DNA from: Candidatus Fervidifonticultor octavus
Lineage (GTDB): Bacteria; Sysuimicrobiota; Sysuimicrobiia; Sysuimicrobiales; Humicultoraceae
Assembly: GCA_031459655.1 (NCBI GenBank)
Contig: JAVKID010000003.1
Coordinates: 1-60,629, forward strand
Direction: 5' to 3'
DNA: 60,629 nucleotides
The translations under genes were made by a program, and so were the position numbers. This document shows positions 37,634-46,785 of this stretch, piece after piece. The notes under the pieces are model-generated. The model searched no databases. It saw only the letters and a program-made list of their open reading frames with translations, and was not told the DNA's origin. Within the stretch, counting starts at the first letter, position 1, and each line of letters begins with the position of its first letter.

Positions 37634-38542
37634 CTACAACCCCTGGATCACCAGGTAGTTCTTCGTGAAGATCGGGATCAGCACACGGTTGCGCTTCGTG
37701 TCGTACCCGATATCCGCTGGCGAGGGCACGTCTTTCACGACCACCTTCGCCATCCCACCCGCATCGATCCGGTAGACGACCGACGCCTCCCAGCTTGAGA
37801 CCAGCAGCACCCCGCCCGGCAGCGCCACGACCCCGTCCAGTTGACCGGCGGGTGTAGCCCGGACGTTCTGCTTCTGGCCTGCCGGACCCAGCGTGTAGAC
37901 TTCCCCGGGCTTGCTGAACGTCACGACGACAATCCGGCCGTTGGGCAAGACCGCCACGCCGTTCGGACTGCGGAGGTCGGGAGTCTTGGCGACCGTGGTC
38001 AGCTCCCCCATCCGGTCAATGCGGTAGATGGCGTCGGTCCCCGACGGGCTGAAGTCCGGCTTCAGACCGCTGTCGCTGACGTATACCGAGCCGTCCGGGG
38101 CGGACGCCAGGTCGTTGATGAAGGTCGAACCGGGAATATCAACCGATCCCTTGGGCTGGCCGGTCCTGCGGTCGAACATCCGCACCGCGGTGATGTCGGA
38201 CACGTAGAGGGTGTTGCCGACGATCGCCAGCCCCTTGGGAGCGTTGAGCGTGACACCCGGTTTCCTGCCGTCGATCCACTTCAGGGTAAGCACCCTCCCA
38301 GCCGGAGAGACCCTCGCGATAAACCCGTTCCCGTCTGTGCCGGTTGGATTCCCGTTGATGTTCGAAACCAGGTACACGTCGTCGGCGCGGTCGTAGAGGA
38401 TCGACTCGGGAGTCTCCAAGCCGACGTCCTTCACAACGATCGTGGGCGCCATGGCCGCCATGGTGACCCCTTGAGCCATCGCGACCGCGAGCATCAGCCC
38501 AACCAGCACCAGCCGGCCGTTCGCCTCGATTCTCATCAGCAC
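37634..38542 (-). CDS. secreted beta-propeller protein (SMP-30/gluconolactonase/NHL-like)
   Basis: 302 aa with a signal peptide and repeated blade-like units (PESILYD..DDVYLVSN, PKGLAIVGNTLYVSD, DLASAPDGSVYVSDSG, PNGVAVLPNGRIVVV, LDGVVALPGGVLLVSS). Confidence 0.65.
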   Translation of the reverse strand: MLMRIEANGRLVLVGLMLAVAMAQGVTMAAMAPTIVVKDVGLETPESILYDRADDVYLVSNINGNPTGTDGNGFIARVSPAGRVLTLKWIDGRKPGVTLNAPKGLAIVGNTLYVSDITAVRMFDRRTGQPKGSVDIPGSTFINDLASAPDGSVYVSDSGLKPDFSPSGTDAIYRIDRMGELTTVAKTPDLRSPNGVAVLPNGRIVVVTFSKPGEVYTLGPAGQKQNVRATPAGQLDGVVALPGGVLLVSSWEASVVYRIDAGGMAKVVVKDVPSPADIGYDTKRNRVLIPIFTKNYLVIQGL

Positions 38543-38551
38543 CCTCCGCCT

Positions 38552-39460
38552 CTACGAAGTGGATCCAACATGTAGCAGCAAGGTTCTGCGGAACCGCAGC
38601 GCATCCTCCCACATGGAAATGTTGTTGAACAGCACGTAGGTCGCGCCGGAGCACATCGCCCGCAGTGCCCGGAGGTCCGCGGCGGTGTACCGGTACCGAT
38701 ACCCGCCCTTGCCGTGCAGGCGGTAGTAGCGCGGGCGACCGTGGTAACTGGGGCCGGCGAACGGATCCACGCAGTGGATCAGATCCAGGTCTCGGCACAG
38801 GGAGGCAATGACGTCAGCCGGCCAGTCGCCGCGGGGCTCCCATGCCAAGCGCATCCCCTCCCGCGTGATGCGGGCGAAGAACCGCCTGAGGTTCGCCACG
38901 TGCGCGGGCGTTGGGGTGAAACTGGCCGGGCACTGGAAGAGGACGATGGTGGCGCGCAGGATTCGGGCGACCGCGCGTGTGGCCTCCCAGGCCTCCAGGA
39001 CCTCGTCGGTGGCGGCAAAGAACCCGTACCGGCCGTGCTTCGATGAGGGGATCGTCCGCCCCAGCCGCCGGTAGGTCGGGCTCGTCGGCGGATGGGTGAT
39101 GAGCTGCCAGGCCTTCATAGTGAATTCGAACTCGGCCGGGACACGCCCGCGCCACCGCTCAGCGGTCTGGAGCCGTGGGGGCCTGTAGAACGTCTGCTGC
39201 ACCTCCACCAGGGAGAGGTGCCGGGCGTATTCTTCCTGTCGGCGCGGGAACCCGCAGCATCCCACCTTGATGGTCGCCGGCCGGCCGGATCTCCTCTTCG
39301 AATCCCCCGCCGGGGTCGTCACGGGCCCACCGTGCCCGGCGTGATCGCCCACCGCATGCTGGGCGACCTTCCGGGCATCCTGCCAGCCTTTCTTCGTCAG
39401 GGGCCTGGCCGGATCTTCATCCTCACGTTTGGCCTCGGCGTGCTGCACAAGATACAGCAT
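38552..39460 (-). CDS. DUF72 (YecE/UPF0759) family protein with a SixA-like N-terminal remnant
   Basis: The DUF72 body is IKVGCCGFP...LVEVQQTFYRPP...EFEFTMKAWQLITH...LFQCPASF. The only ATG (39458-39460) adds MLYLVQHAEAKREDEDPARPLTKKGWQDARKVA, which resembles the start of histidine phosphatase SixA. Confidence 0.75.
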   Translation of the reverse strand: MLYLVQHAEAKREDEDPARPLTKKGWQDARKVAQHAVGDHAGHGGPVTTPAGDSKRRSGRPATIKVGCCGFPRRQEEYARHLSLVEVQQTFYRPPRLQTAERWRGRVPAEFEFTMKAWQLITHPPTSPTYRRLGRTIPSSKHGRYGFFAATDEVLEAWEATRAVARILRATIVLFQCPASFTPTPAHVANLRRFFARITREGMRLAWEPRGDWPADVIASLCRDLDLIHCVDPFAGPSYHGRPRYYRLHGKGGYRYRYTAADLRALRAMCSGATYVLFNNISMWEDALRFRRTLLLHVGSTS

Positions 39461-39511
39461 CACAGATACCGACCTCCCCACGCGGCGCTGTAGAGTGGTG
39501 TTGAGGACCCG

Positions 39512-40063
39512 ATGGCGGACATCCTGCTGATCGCCGGCCGGCCCGGGGTCGGGAAGACGACGCTCGTCCGGGGACTGGCGGACACCCTGGGGCGCAGGGC
39601 CGCCGGATTCTACACCGAGGAGATCAGGGCATCCGGTGCGCGCGTGGGGTTCCGGCTGGTCACCCTGGACGGCCGGGCGGCGGTCTTTGCCCACGTGGAC
39701 TGGGCGAAGACCGCATCCCACCGCGTGGGACGCTATGGCGTCGATCTCGCGGCGCTCGAACGATTCGGCCTGCCGGCCATCCGGCGGGGCCTGAGGGGTC
39801 GCCGGGTGATCCTGGTGGACGAGATCGGCAAGATGGAACTTGCCAGCGAGGCCTTCCAAACGGTGATGGACGAGGTCGCTGCCAGCCCGGCCCTGCTCGT
39901 CGCCACGATCACCGTGGCCCCTCATCCGTGGTCTGACGCCTTCAAGCGACGACCCGGAACCACGCTCTACGAGCTCACCAGGGCAAACCGCGACCGGGTC
40001 CTTGAGGCTGCGCGGACCTGGCTGGACCGAAGGGGTCCGGAGAGGAGGAAACCCCGACGGTGA
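39512..40063 (+). CDS. THEP1/NTPase_1-family nucleoside triphosphatase
   Basis: 183 aa. Walker A IAGRPGVGKTTLV, Walker B VILVDEIGKMEL, and RVGFRLVTLDG. Confidence 0.8.
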   Translation: MADILLIAGRPGVGKTTLVRGLADTLGRRAAGFYTEEIRASGARVGFRLVTLDGRAAVFAHVDWAKTASHRVGRYGVDLAALERFGLPAIRRGLRGRRVILVDEIGKMELASEAFQTVMDEVAASPALLVATITVAPHPWSDAFKRRPGTTLYELTRANRDRVLEAARTWLDRRGPERRKPRR

Positions 40064-40773
40064 CAGGCGGGACGGCCTCCACACCGCCCTGGCCCACGAC
40101 GCCAGAGGACCTCATGGTGGAGCAAGCCAGACTGTCGGTGGCGTCACCCGAACCCTGGCATCCTGCAGACGGCGTCCTGCAAGCGGTGGCAGGGTGTTTC
40201 GTGTGCTTCCCACGGGGGAAGGACGGCGCAGGCGCACCCGGCGATCCCGCGTGGGCGGCCGCGGCGCTGCTGGTCGGCGGCCGACTCGTGGATGCGGCGG
40301 TGGTCCGCGGGCAGGCGGGGGCGGCCTATGAGCCCGGGCTGCTGGCCCTCCGCGAGGGACCACTCCTGGAGGCTGCGGTGCGCCGCCTGCGCGCGGTGCC
40401 TGAAGTCCTGATCGTCAACGCCACCGGCCGGGATCACCCCCGCCGCGCCGGGCTGGCGCTGCATCTCGGGGCCCGGCTGTCGGTGCCGACGGTCGGCGTG
40501 ACCACCAGGCCGCTCCTGGCCGACGGCCCCTGGCCGGCCGACGCGCCCGGTGCCACGGGTCCGCTGAAGATCGGGGACGAACTCGTGGGCTACTGGCTCC
40601 GGACGCAACGCGGGGCGCGGCCTCTGGCCGTCCACGCGGCCTGGAGGACCGATCCTGAGAGCGCGGTCGCCGTCGTCCTGGCCGTCACCGCCGGCTCCCG
40701 CACGCCCGAGCCGCTGCGCCTGGCGCGCCGGGCCGCCCGCCAGGCGCGGGCCGATGATGCGGGATGCGCATGA
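40060..40773 (+). CDS. nfi: endonuclease V
   Basis: YEPGLLALREGP, NATGRDHPRRAGLALHLG and PTVGVTTRPL blocks. GTG 40060 overlaps the NTPase stop (GTGA). Confidence 0.85.
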   Translation: MTGGTASTPPWPTTPEDLMVEQARLSVASPEPWHPADGVLQAVAGCFVCFPRGKDGAGAPGDPAWAAAALLVGGRLVDAAVVRGQAGAAYEPGLLALREGPLLEAAVRRLRAVPEVLIVNATGRDHPRRAGLALHLGARLSVPTVGVTTRPLLADGPWPADAPGATGPLKIGDELVGYWLRTQRGARPLAVHAAWRTDPESAVAVVLAVTAGSRTPEPLRLARRAARQARADDAGCA

Positions 40774-40838
40774 TTGGCTCTGGTGCGACGCAGCGGGGCG
40801 TGCGCGAGCTTGATGCTGAAGTGTCATGATGCTGTTGA

Positions 40839-41333
40839 CTAGCGCAACCCCGGAAACCCCAGAACGATGATGTAGAGCATCATGCCCGAGAGCATCCCGT
40901 AGGAGTAGGCCGAGACCCGACTGCCCTGCAGGCTGGCGTGGCTGAAGACCAGCAACGAGAAGCTGGCCGACAGCACCAACTCGGAGATCGGCACCGTCGA
41001 GCCCCGCGCCGAGAATCGGATCACCGCCATCACCAGCAGCCCCACCAGCGAGGAGAGCAGGAAGCTGGTGGTGGGCGAGAAGGCAACCAGCCGCGCCAGC
41101 CATCCCCGTGCGAAGATGAAGGCGAATGTCACCACCGACAGCGGGAACAGCACCGCCGCGAAGCTCCGAATGCCAGGGTAGAATCCCTCGCCGAAGGCGG
41201 CGAGCACGAAGTAGGCGATCAATACCAGCAGGATCGCCGGCGGCAGGAAGACCGACAGGGGGTGGATGACCTGCTGGATGATCCATGTTCCCCAGTTCTC
41301 CGGTTCAGGCGGCCGTTCGTTTTCATTCCCCAT
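40839..41333 (-). CDS. hypothetical integral membrane protein (about 5 TMS)
   Basis: 164 aa, hydrophobic throughout. Starts 23 nt downstream of the aminotransferase stop, so probably co-transcribed. No family recognised. Confidence 0.6.
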   Translation of the reverse strand: MGNENERPPEPENWGTWIIQQVIHPLSVFLPPAILLVLIAYFVLAAFGEGFYPGIRSFAAVLFPLSVVTFAFIFARGWLARLVAFSPTTSFLLSSLVGLLVMAVIRFSARGSTVPISELVLSASFSLLVFSHASLQGSRVSAYSYGMLSGMMLYIIVLGFPGLR

Positions 41334-41356
41334 GGCTCCCCCTCAGGCGGCGCCTG

Positions 41357-42694
41357 TCACGACGCGGCCGTGATTGATTCGCGGAGGATCTCGACGATCC
41401 GATCCACCTGCGCCTCGGTGATGACCAGCGGCGGAGCCAGACAGATCGTGTCGCCAATCGGGTAGTCGCCGTTCTGTCCGACGCGGATCCGCGCAATCAG
41501 GCCCCGCTTCCTGGCCTCGGCCAGCACTTTCCCGCCCAAGCCTACCGCCGGGGCCTTCGTGGCCTTGTCGGCCACCAGTTCGACACCGCAGATCAGCCCG
41601 AGTCCACGCACATCCCCGACGGCGGGCAGATCCCGCAGCGTCTGGAGACCGGCCAGCAACCGCGCCCCAAGCCCCTGCGCTCGGTCGATCAGACCCTCTC
41701 CTTCGAGGATCTCCAAATTGCGGAGGCCCACCGCGCAGCAGGTGGGATGCCCGGAGTAGGTGGCCGCGTGCATGAAGCGCTCGGCCGCAGGTGCATCCAG
41801 AATCGTCTGGTGGATATCGCGCGACACCATCGCGCCGCCCAGCGGCAGGTACGCGCTGGTCACGCCCTTGGCAAACGTCACGATGTCGGGCTGCACACCC
41901 CAGTGGTCCAGAGCGAACCAGCGGCCGGTGCGGCCGAAGCCCGTGATGACCTCGTCCGCGATGAAGAGGACCTGGTAGCGGTCGCAGATCTCCCTGACCT
42001 GCGGGAAGTAATCCGGCGTCGGCACGATAACACCGCCGGCTCCCATCACCGGCTCCGCAATGAACGCGGCCACCGTCTCGGGCCCCTCCCGCCCGATCGC
42101 TTCCTCCAGCGCGATCGCACCGGACCCAGGATACCGGTAAGGATACGACGGAGTGATGTGCACGAACCCCGGCACGACGGGCTGAAACATCCTGTGGTAG
42201 GATGGCATCCCGGTGGCACTCATCGCCGCCAGCGTCACGCCGTGGTAGGCGTGATGGCGCGCGATGACCTTGGTCTTCGAGGGCATCCCCCGCCGCTTCC
42301 AGTAGTAGCGGGCGATCTTGAACGCCGACTCGTTGGACTCGGCGCCGGCGGTCGTGAAGTACACGCCCGAGAGATTGCGGTACGCGAGGCTCAGCAGCCG
42401 CTCGGCCAGGCGCACGGCCGGTTCGTTGGTGAACCCCACGTAGGCGGTGGTGAACGCCAGCCGGCGCATCTGGTCTGCGGCCGCCTCGGCCAGTTCGGTG
42501 CGGCCATGGCCCGCGTTGACGTTCCACAGGGAGGCCAACCCGTCGATGTACTCCCGCCCCTCCGCGTCTCGCAGGACCGCGCCTTGACCCTCGACGATGA
42601 CCAGGGGGTCGGCATGGTCGGCGGGATGATGCAGGGGGTGGATCAGATGGGCCCGATCGGCCCTGACCACGGCTGATGCTGCGCGGGGATCCAT
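41357..42694 (-). CDS. class III (omega-type) PLP-dependent aminotransferase
   Basis: 445 aa from MDPRAASAV. FTTAGAESNESA, FIADEVITGFGRTGRWFA, TFAKGVTSAYLPLG (PLP lysine). GAGGAG upstream of ATG 42692-42694. Confidence 0.9.
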   Translation of the reverse strand: MDPRAASAVVRADRAHLIHPLHHPADHADPLVIVEGQGAVLRDAEGREYIDGLASLWNVNAGHGRTELAEAAADQMRRLAFTTAYVGFTNEPAVRLAERLLSLAYRNLSGVYFTTAGAESNESAFKIARYYWKRRGMPSKTKVIARHHAYHGVTLAAMSATGMPSYHRMFQPVVPGFVHITPSYPYRYPGSGAIALEEAIGREGPETVAAFIAEPVMGAGGVIVPTPDYFPQVREICDRYQVLFIADEVITGFGRTGRWFALDHWGVQPDIVTFAKGVTSAYLPLGGAMVSRDIHQTILDAPAAERFMHAATYSGHPTCCAVGLRNLEILEGEGLIDRAQGLGARLLAGLQTLRDLPAVGDVRGLGLICGVELVADKATKAPAVGLGGKVLAEARKRGLIARIRVGQNGDYPIGDTICLAPPLVITEAQVDRIVEILRESITAAS

Positions 42695-42880
42695 GGGTGC
42701 TCCTCGCCTTGGCGGGATAGACTGCACGTGAACACTTATGCGGCGAGGCGCCCAAGCCCTCTGCGGAAGACAGACCGGACAGGAGATTGTGGGTACCGCG
42801 GGGAACCACTCAGACCCATCCCAGCCCACCGTTGGTGCTCGCGCACGACGCAGGCGAAAAAATCCGCGCGGAGGTGGACC

Positions 42881-43204
42881 ATGGCCAAGTATCTCGTGCA
42901 GGCGTCGTACAGCCCCGAAGGGACTAGGGGACTGAGGAAGGACGGGGGCTCGAAGCGCCGGGCCGCGCTGCAGGAGACCGCGTCGAGCCTGGGCGGCACA
43001 CTCGAGGCCTTCTACTACGCCTTCGGCGACACCGACGTGGTGGCCATCCTGAACCTGTCGGATAATGCCAGTGCCGCCGCGGCTGCGCTGACGATCTCTG
43101 CCAGCGGCTCGGTCTCACACTACAAGACGACGGTGCTGCTGACGCCTGAAGAGATCGACCAGGCGGCGAAGACGTCGGTCGCCTACAAGCCGCCCGGACA
43201 GTAG
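42881..43204 (+). CDS. GYD-domain protein
   Basis: 107 aa. MAKYLVQASYSPEGTRGL...GGTLEAFYYAFGDTDVVAILNLSDN. GGAGGTGG upstream. Confidence 0.8.
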   Translation: MAKYLVQASYSPEGTRGLRKDGGSKRRAALQETASSLGGTLEAFYYAFGDTDVVAILNLSDNASAAAAALTISASGSVSHYKTTVLLTPEEIDQAAKTSVAYKPPGQ

Positions 43205-43300
43205 CGCCCGACTCCTCCTGGACCGCCTCCTGCCGGGCTGCTACCGTGGTGGCGCCCGACAAGGAGGCGTCCCGGCTCGAGCGAATCCAATCTTCCATAC

Positions 43301-44539
43301 ATGGGAGCCGCGTCGCATCCTCATCGTGCCCTCTGGCCCCTCCTGCTCGTCCTCCTGCTCCCGCAGACCCTTGGGGTCCCACGGGCTGCGGCCCAGTCGC
43401 CGCCCGTCAGTCTGGGGATCGACACCCTGCTCGGCGATCCCGCGGTCCTGAACGGCAAGCGCATCGGCCTGGTCACCCACCAGTCGGGCATCACCTCCGA
43501 CGGCCGGCCGACCGCCGCGGTGCTGGCCCGCGCCCCCGGCATCCGACTGACAGCCCTCTTTGCTCCTGAGCACGGCATCGACGGCACGTACGACGCCGGC
43601 CAGCCGGTGCCGACGATCCCCAGCCGGACACCGGTCTACAGCCTGTATGGCAGGACGCTGGAGCCGACCCGCGAGATGCTGGCGCGCCTGGATACGCTGG
43701 TGGTCGACCTCCAGGATGTCGGCGTGCGGCCCTACACCTACGCGTCAACCATGGCGCTGGTCATGGCCGCCGCCAGACGGGCCGGCCAGTCCGTGGTGGT
43801 GCTCGACCGTCCGAACCCCATCGGAGGCCACATCATCGACGGCCCGCTGCTGGAGCCGCCGTTCCGCTCGTTCATCGGGATGTACCCGATCCCTTACGTC
43901 TTCGGGATGACGCTGGGCGAGCTCGCGCAGCTCTACAACAACCGGTTCGGCATCGGCGCGAGGCTGACCGTGATCCCCATGCAGGGATGGACCAGGGGGA
44001 TGACCTGGGAGGACACGGGGCTCCCCTGGGTCAACCCGTCGCCGGGGATCACCAGCCCCGATGCGCCCTTCTACTACGCCGCGACCGGCCCGGTGGACGG
44101 CACGAACCTCTGGAACGGCGTGGCCACCGAGGCGCGATTCCGGGTCGTCCTGGCACCGTGGATCGATGGCCCGACGCTGGCCGAGCGGCTCAACGGACAC
44201 CGCCTGCCGGGAGTCCGGTTCACGCCGTCGGCGGTCCCTCACCCTCGGACCGGCAGGGACTGGTACGGGGTCCGGCTGCACGTCACGGACCCGGCGGTCT
44301 TCCGCCCGTCGACGACCATCGTCTACATCCTGGCGGAGATCCGACAGTTGTACGAGGACCGGCTGAAGTTCACGCGCCCGCGGCGGGGACCGCACCTGTT
44401 CGATCTGGTCTGGGGGACGAAGGACCTCCGGCTGGCGCTCATCCGCGGCGAGTCGGCCGCGGCCATCGTCGCGCGCTGGCAGCCGGGTCTCAAGCGCTTT
44501 CAGGAACTTCGGGAACCCTACCTCCTCTACCGGCCCTGA
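43301..44539 (+). CDS. DUF1343-family protein (NamZ-like exo-muramidase family), secreted
   Basis: 412 aa with a signal peptide. GIDTLL....L.GKRIGLVTHQSGI, LFAPEHG, YSLYG, LVVDLQDVGVRPYTY, VLDRPNPIGG. Confidence 0.85.
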   Translation: MGAASHPHRALWPLLLVLLLPQTLGVPRAAAQSPPVSLGIDTLLGDPAVLNGKRIGLVTHQSGITSDGRPTAAVLARAPGIRLTALFAPEHGIDGTYDAGQPVPTIPSRTPVYSLYGRTLEPTREMLARLDTLVVDLQDVGVRPYTYASTMALVMAAARRAGQSVVVLDRPNPIGGHIIDGPLLEPPFRSFIGMYPIPYVFGMTLGELAQLYNNRFGIGARLTVIPMQGWTRGMTWEDTGLPWVNPSPGITSPDAPFYYAATGPVDGTNLWNGVATEARFRVVLAPWIDGPTLAERLNGHRLPGVRFTPSAVPHPRTGRDWYGVRLHVTDPAVFRPSTTIVYILAEIRQLYEDRLKFTRPRRGPHLFDLVWGTKDLRLALIRGESAAAIVARWQPGLKRFQELREPYLLYRP

Positions 44540-46631
44540 GGCGCACGTCGGCGGCGACCGCCCCGCGGCCTTCGGGTAGCACCCGCAGCGGGTTGATCTC
44601 GACCTCGGCAACTTCAGGGCATTCAGAGGCCAGGTGCGCCACGCGGAGCACGACCTCAATGACAGCGTCGCGGTCGGCAGGCGGCAGGCTGCGGTAGCCG
44701 CGCAGCCGGCGTCCCGCCCAGGTGCGCTCCAGCAGGTCTTCGGCGTCCTGGCGCGAGAGCGGCGCCAGGGCGAAGGCCACGTCGCCGAGGCCCTCGACCT
44801 CCACCCCGCCGGATCCGAACATCACCAGCGCTCCAAACTGCGGGTCCTGCACCGCCCCGACGATCACGTCCTGGCCCGGGGGGAGCATTTGCTCCACAGA
44901 GACACCGAGAATCCGCGCCTGGGGCCGCGCCGTCCGGGCCCGCGCCAGAATGGCCGCGGCGCTTTCTGCGACCCCGGCGGCGTCGTGCACGCCCAGCCGC
45001 ACGCCGCCCACATCGGACTTGTGGGGAATGTCGGGGGACGCCACCTTGAGGACCACCGGAAATCCGATCTCCCCGGCGAGGGCGACGGCGTCTTCCGGCG
45101 TCCGAGCCAGACCGCCTCGCGGGACGGGAATCCCGGCGAGGTGCAGGATGCGTCCGGCGTCGTGGGAGGCGAGAAATCCCTCCGCACCTCTCGGCCCCTC
45201 GGCCAGGAGCCGTCGGACGGCCTCAGGCCGAATGTCGTCAAACGCCGCAGGAGGCATCTGAGGGCGGGCCAGCGCCTCGACCCGTCGGACCAGGACCGCC
45301 AGCGCCGACGCCGCCCGCTCCGGAAACCGGTAGTCCGGAATGTGCGCGGCTCGCAGGCGGTCCGATGCGACCCGGACCGCGTGCTCACCCATTAGGACGA
45401 CGACGACCGGCTTGGCCGCGCGCCGGATCACCGGGATGATCGCCTCGGCCACCGATTCAGCCGGGTCCCGCGGCGGCGGTGGGAGGATGACCAGAACCCC
45501 GTGCACGCCGGGGTCGCTCAGCACGACCCGGAGACAGTCGGCGTACAGCGCGGGGGAGGCGGAGGCGAGGATGTCCACGGGATTGTCCACCGCGGCAGCG
45601 GGAGGGAGCATGGCGCGCAACGCTGCGCGGGTGTCGTCCTGGAGGTCGGCCAGGGTCATCCCGCAGGCTTCGAGGGCATCGGCCGCGATGATCCCCGGCC
45701 CGCCGGCGTTGGTGAGCACGGCCATCGCGCGTCCGGCCGGCAGCGGACACCACGCCAGGGCCCGCGCCCAGTCCACCATCTCCTCGCCGGTCTCTGCCTG
45801 GATCACCCCGGCCCGGCGGAACGCGGCAGCGTAGGCCGCTTCCTGCCCGGCCAGCGCGCCGGTGTGCGAGGCCACGGCGCGCCGCCCCGCGGCGGACCGC
45901 CCGACCTTGAGGGCGACGATGGGGGTATCCCGCGCGATGCGGCCCGCCACCTCCACGAAGCGACGGCCGTTGTCCACGCCTTCCAGATAGAGCGTGATCA
46001 CGCGCGTGTGGGGATCCTCGGCGACCGGCTCCAGCATGTCGGTCTCGGTCACATCCGCCTGGTTGCCGAGGCTGATCAGGTACGAGAGTCCAAACCCCTG
46101 CCCGCTGGCCCAGTCGGTGACCGCGGCACAGATCGCGCCCGAGTGCGAGAGGAAGGCCACATCGCCGGCCAGCGGGCCTGGAGGCGGCAGGAACGTCGTA
46201 TCCAGCGGCAGGTGCGTGTCGATCAGGCCGACGCAGTTCGGCCCCAGCAGCCGGATGCCGGCCTCGCGGGCGATCCGCGCGCATTCGGCCTCCAGAGCCG
46301 CGCCGGCCGGGCCCGTCTCGCGGAACCCCCCCGACAGGATGACAGCGGCGCGCACGCCGCGGCGGCCGCAGGCGCGCAGGGTGTCAGGGACGGCGGGCGC
46401 GGGGATGACCAGCACCGCTAGGTCCACCGGATCTGGCACGAGGGAGAGGTCGGCATACACGGGCCGGTCGAACAGCCGGCCGCCCCGCGGATTCACGAAG
46501 TGAACCGCGCCGGGAAAGCCGCAGCGGGCGAGGTTCTGCGCGACGCCGTAGCCGAGTTTGGAGGGGTCGCGCGACGCGCCCACCAGCACGATGCCGCGCG
46601 GGCGAAAGAATGGGAGAAGGGACGGATCCAC
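44490..46631 (-). CDS. ADP-forming acetyl-CoA synthetase (acetate--CoA ligase family, fused alpha/beta)
   Basis: 713 aa. CoA-binding N-terminus PRGIVLVGASRDPSKLGY, LLGPNCVGL, a succinyl-CoA-synthetase-like middle and an ATP-grasp C-terminus (FPVVLKVASPDIPHKSDVGGV). The 3' end overlaps the convergent DUF1343 gene by 50 nt. Confidence 0.9.
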   Translation of the reverse strand: MDPSLLPFFRPRGIVLVGASRDPSKLGYGVAQNLARCGFPGAVHFVNPRGGRLFDRPVYADLSLVPDPVDLAVLVIPAPAVPDTLRACGRRGVRAAVILSGGFRETGPAGAALEAECARIAREAGIRLLGPNCVGLIDTHLPLDTTFLPPPGPLAGDVAFLSHSGAICAAVTDWASGQGFGLSYLISLGNQADVTETDMLEPVAEDPHTRVITLYLEGVDNGRRFVEVAGRIARDTPIVALKVGRSAAGRRAVASHTGALAGQEAAYAAAFRRAGVIQAETGEEMVDWARALAWCPLPAGRAMAVLTNAGGPGIIAADALEACGMTLADLQDDTRAALRAMLPPAAAVDNPVDILASASPALYADCLRVVLSDPGVHGVLVILPPPPRDPAESVAEAIIPVIRRAAKPVVVVLMGEHAVRVASDRLRAAHIPDYRFPERAASALAVLVRRVEALARPQMPPAAFDDIRPEAVRRLLAEGPRGAEGFLASHDAGRILHLAGIPVPRGGLARTPEDAVALAGEIGFPVVLKVASPDIPHKSDVGGVRLGVHDAAGVAESAAAILARARTARPQARILGVSVEQMLPPGQDVIVGAVQDPQFGALVMFGSGGVEVEGLGDVAFALAPLSRQDAEDLLERTWAGRRLRGYRSLPPADRDAVIEVVLRVAHLASECPEVAEVEINPLRVLPEGRGAVAADVRLRAGRGGRVPEVPESA

Positions 46632-46785
46632 GCGCTGGTGTGTCCGGCGGCTGCCGCCAGGCTCTCAGAATCCCCTGATGCTCCCTCTACGCCGTGCACC
46701 TTCCCCTCGCCTGCGTGGCGCCCGGCACGGCCATGCGCCCGGCAGGAGTTGATCGTCTTCGTCTGAATTGGTCCATTGAGATTCC

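Noticed and set aside
44490-44539. The 50-nt convergent overlap of the DUF1343 and acetyl-CoA synthetase 3' ends as a sign of mis-annotation or antisense regulation.
   Set aside because: Both reading frames keep family-like sequence up to near their stops, and the tails are short. Such overlaps are common in GC-rich genomes where stops are rare, and nothing further supports a regulatory role.
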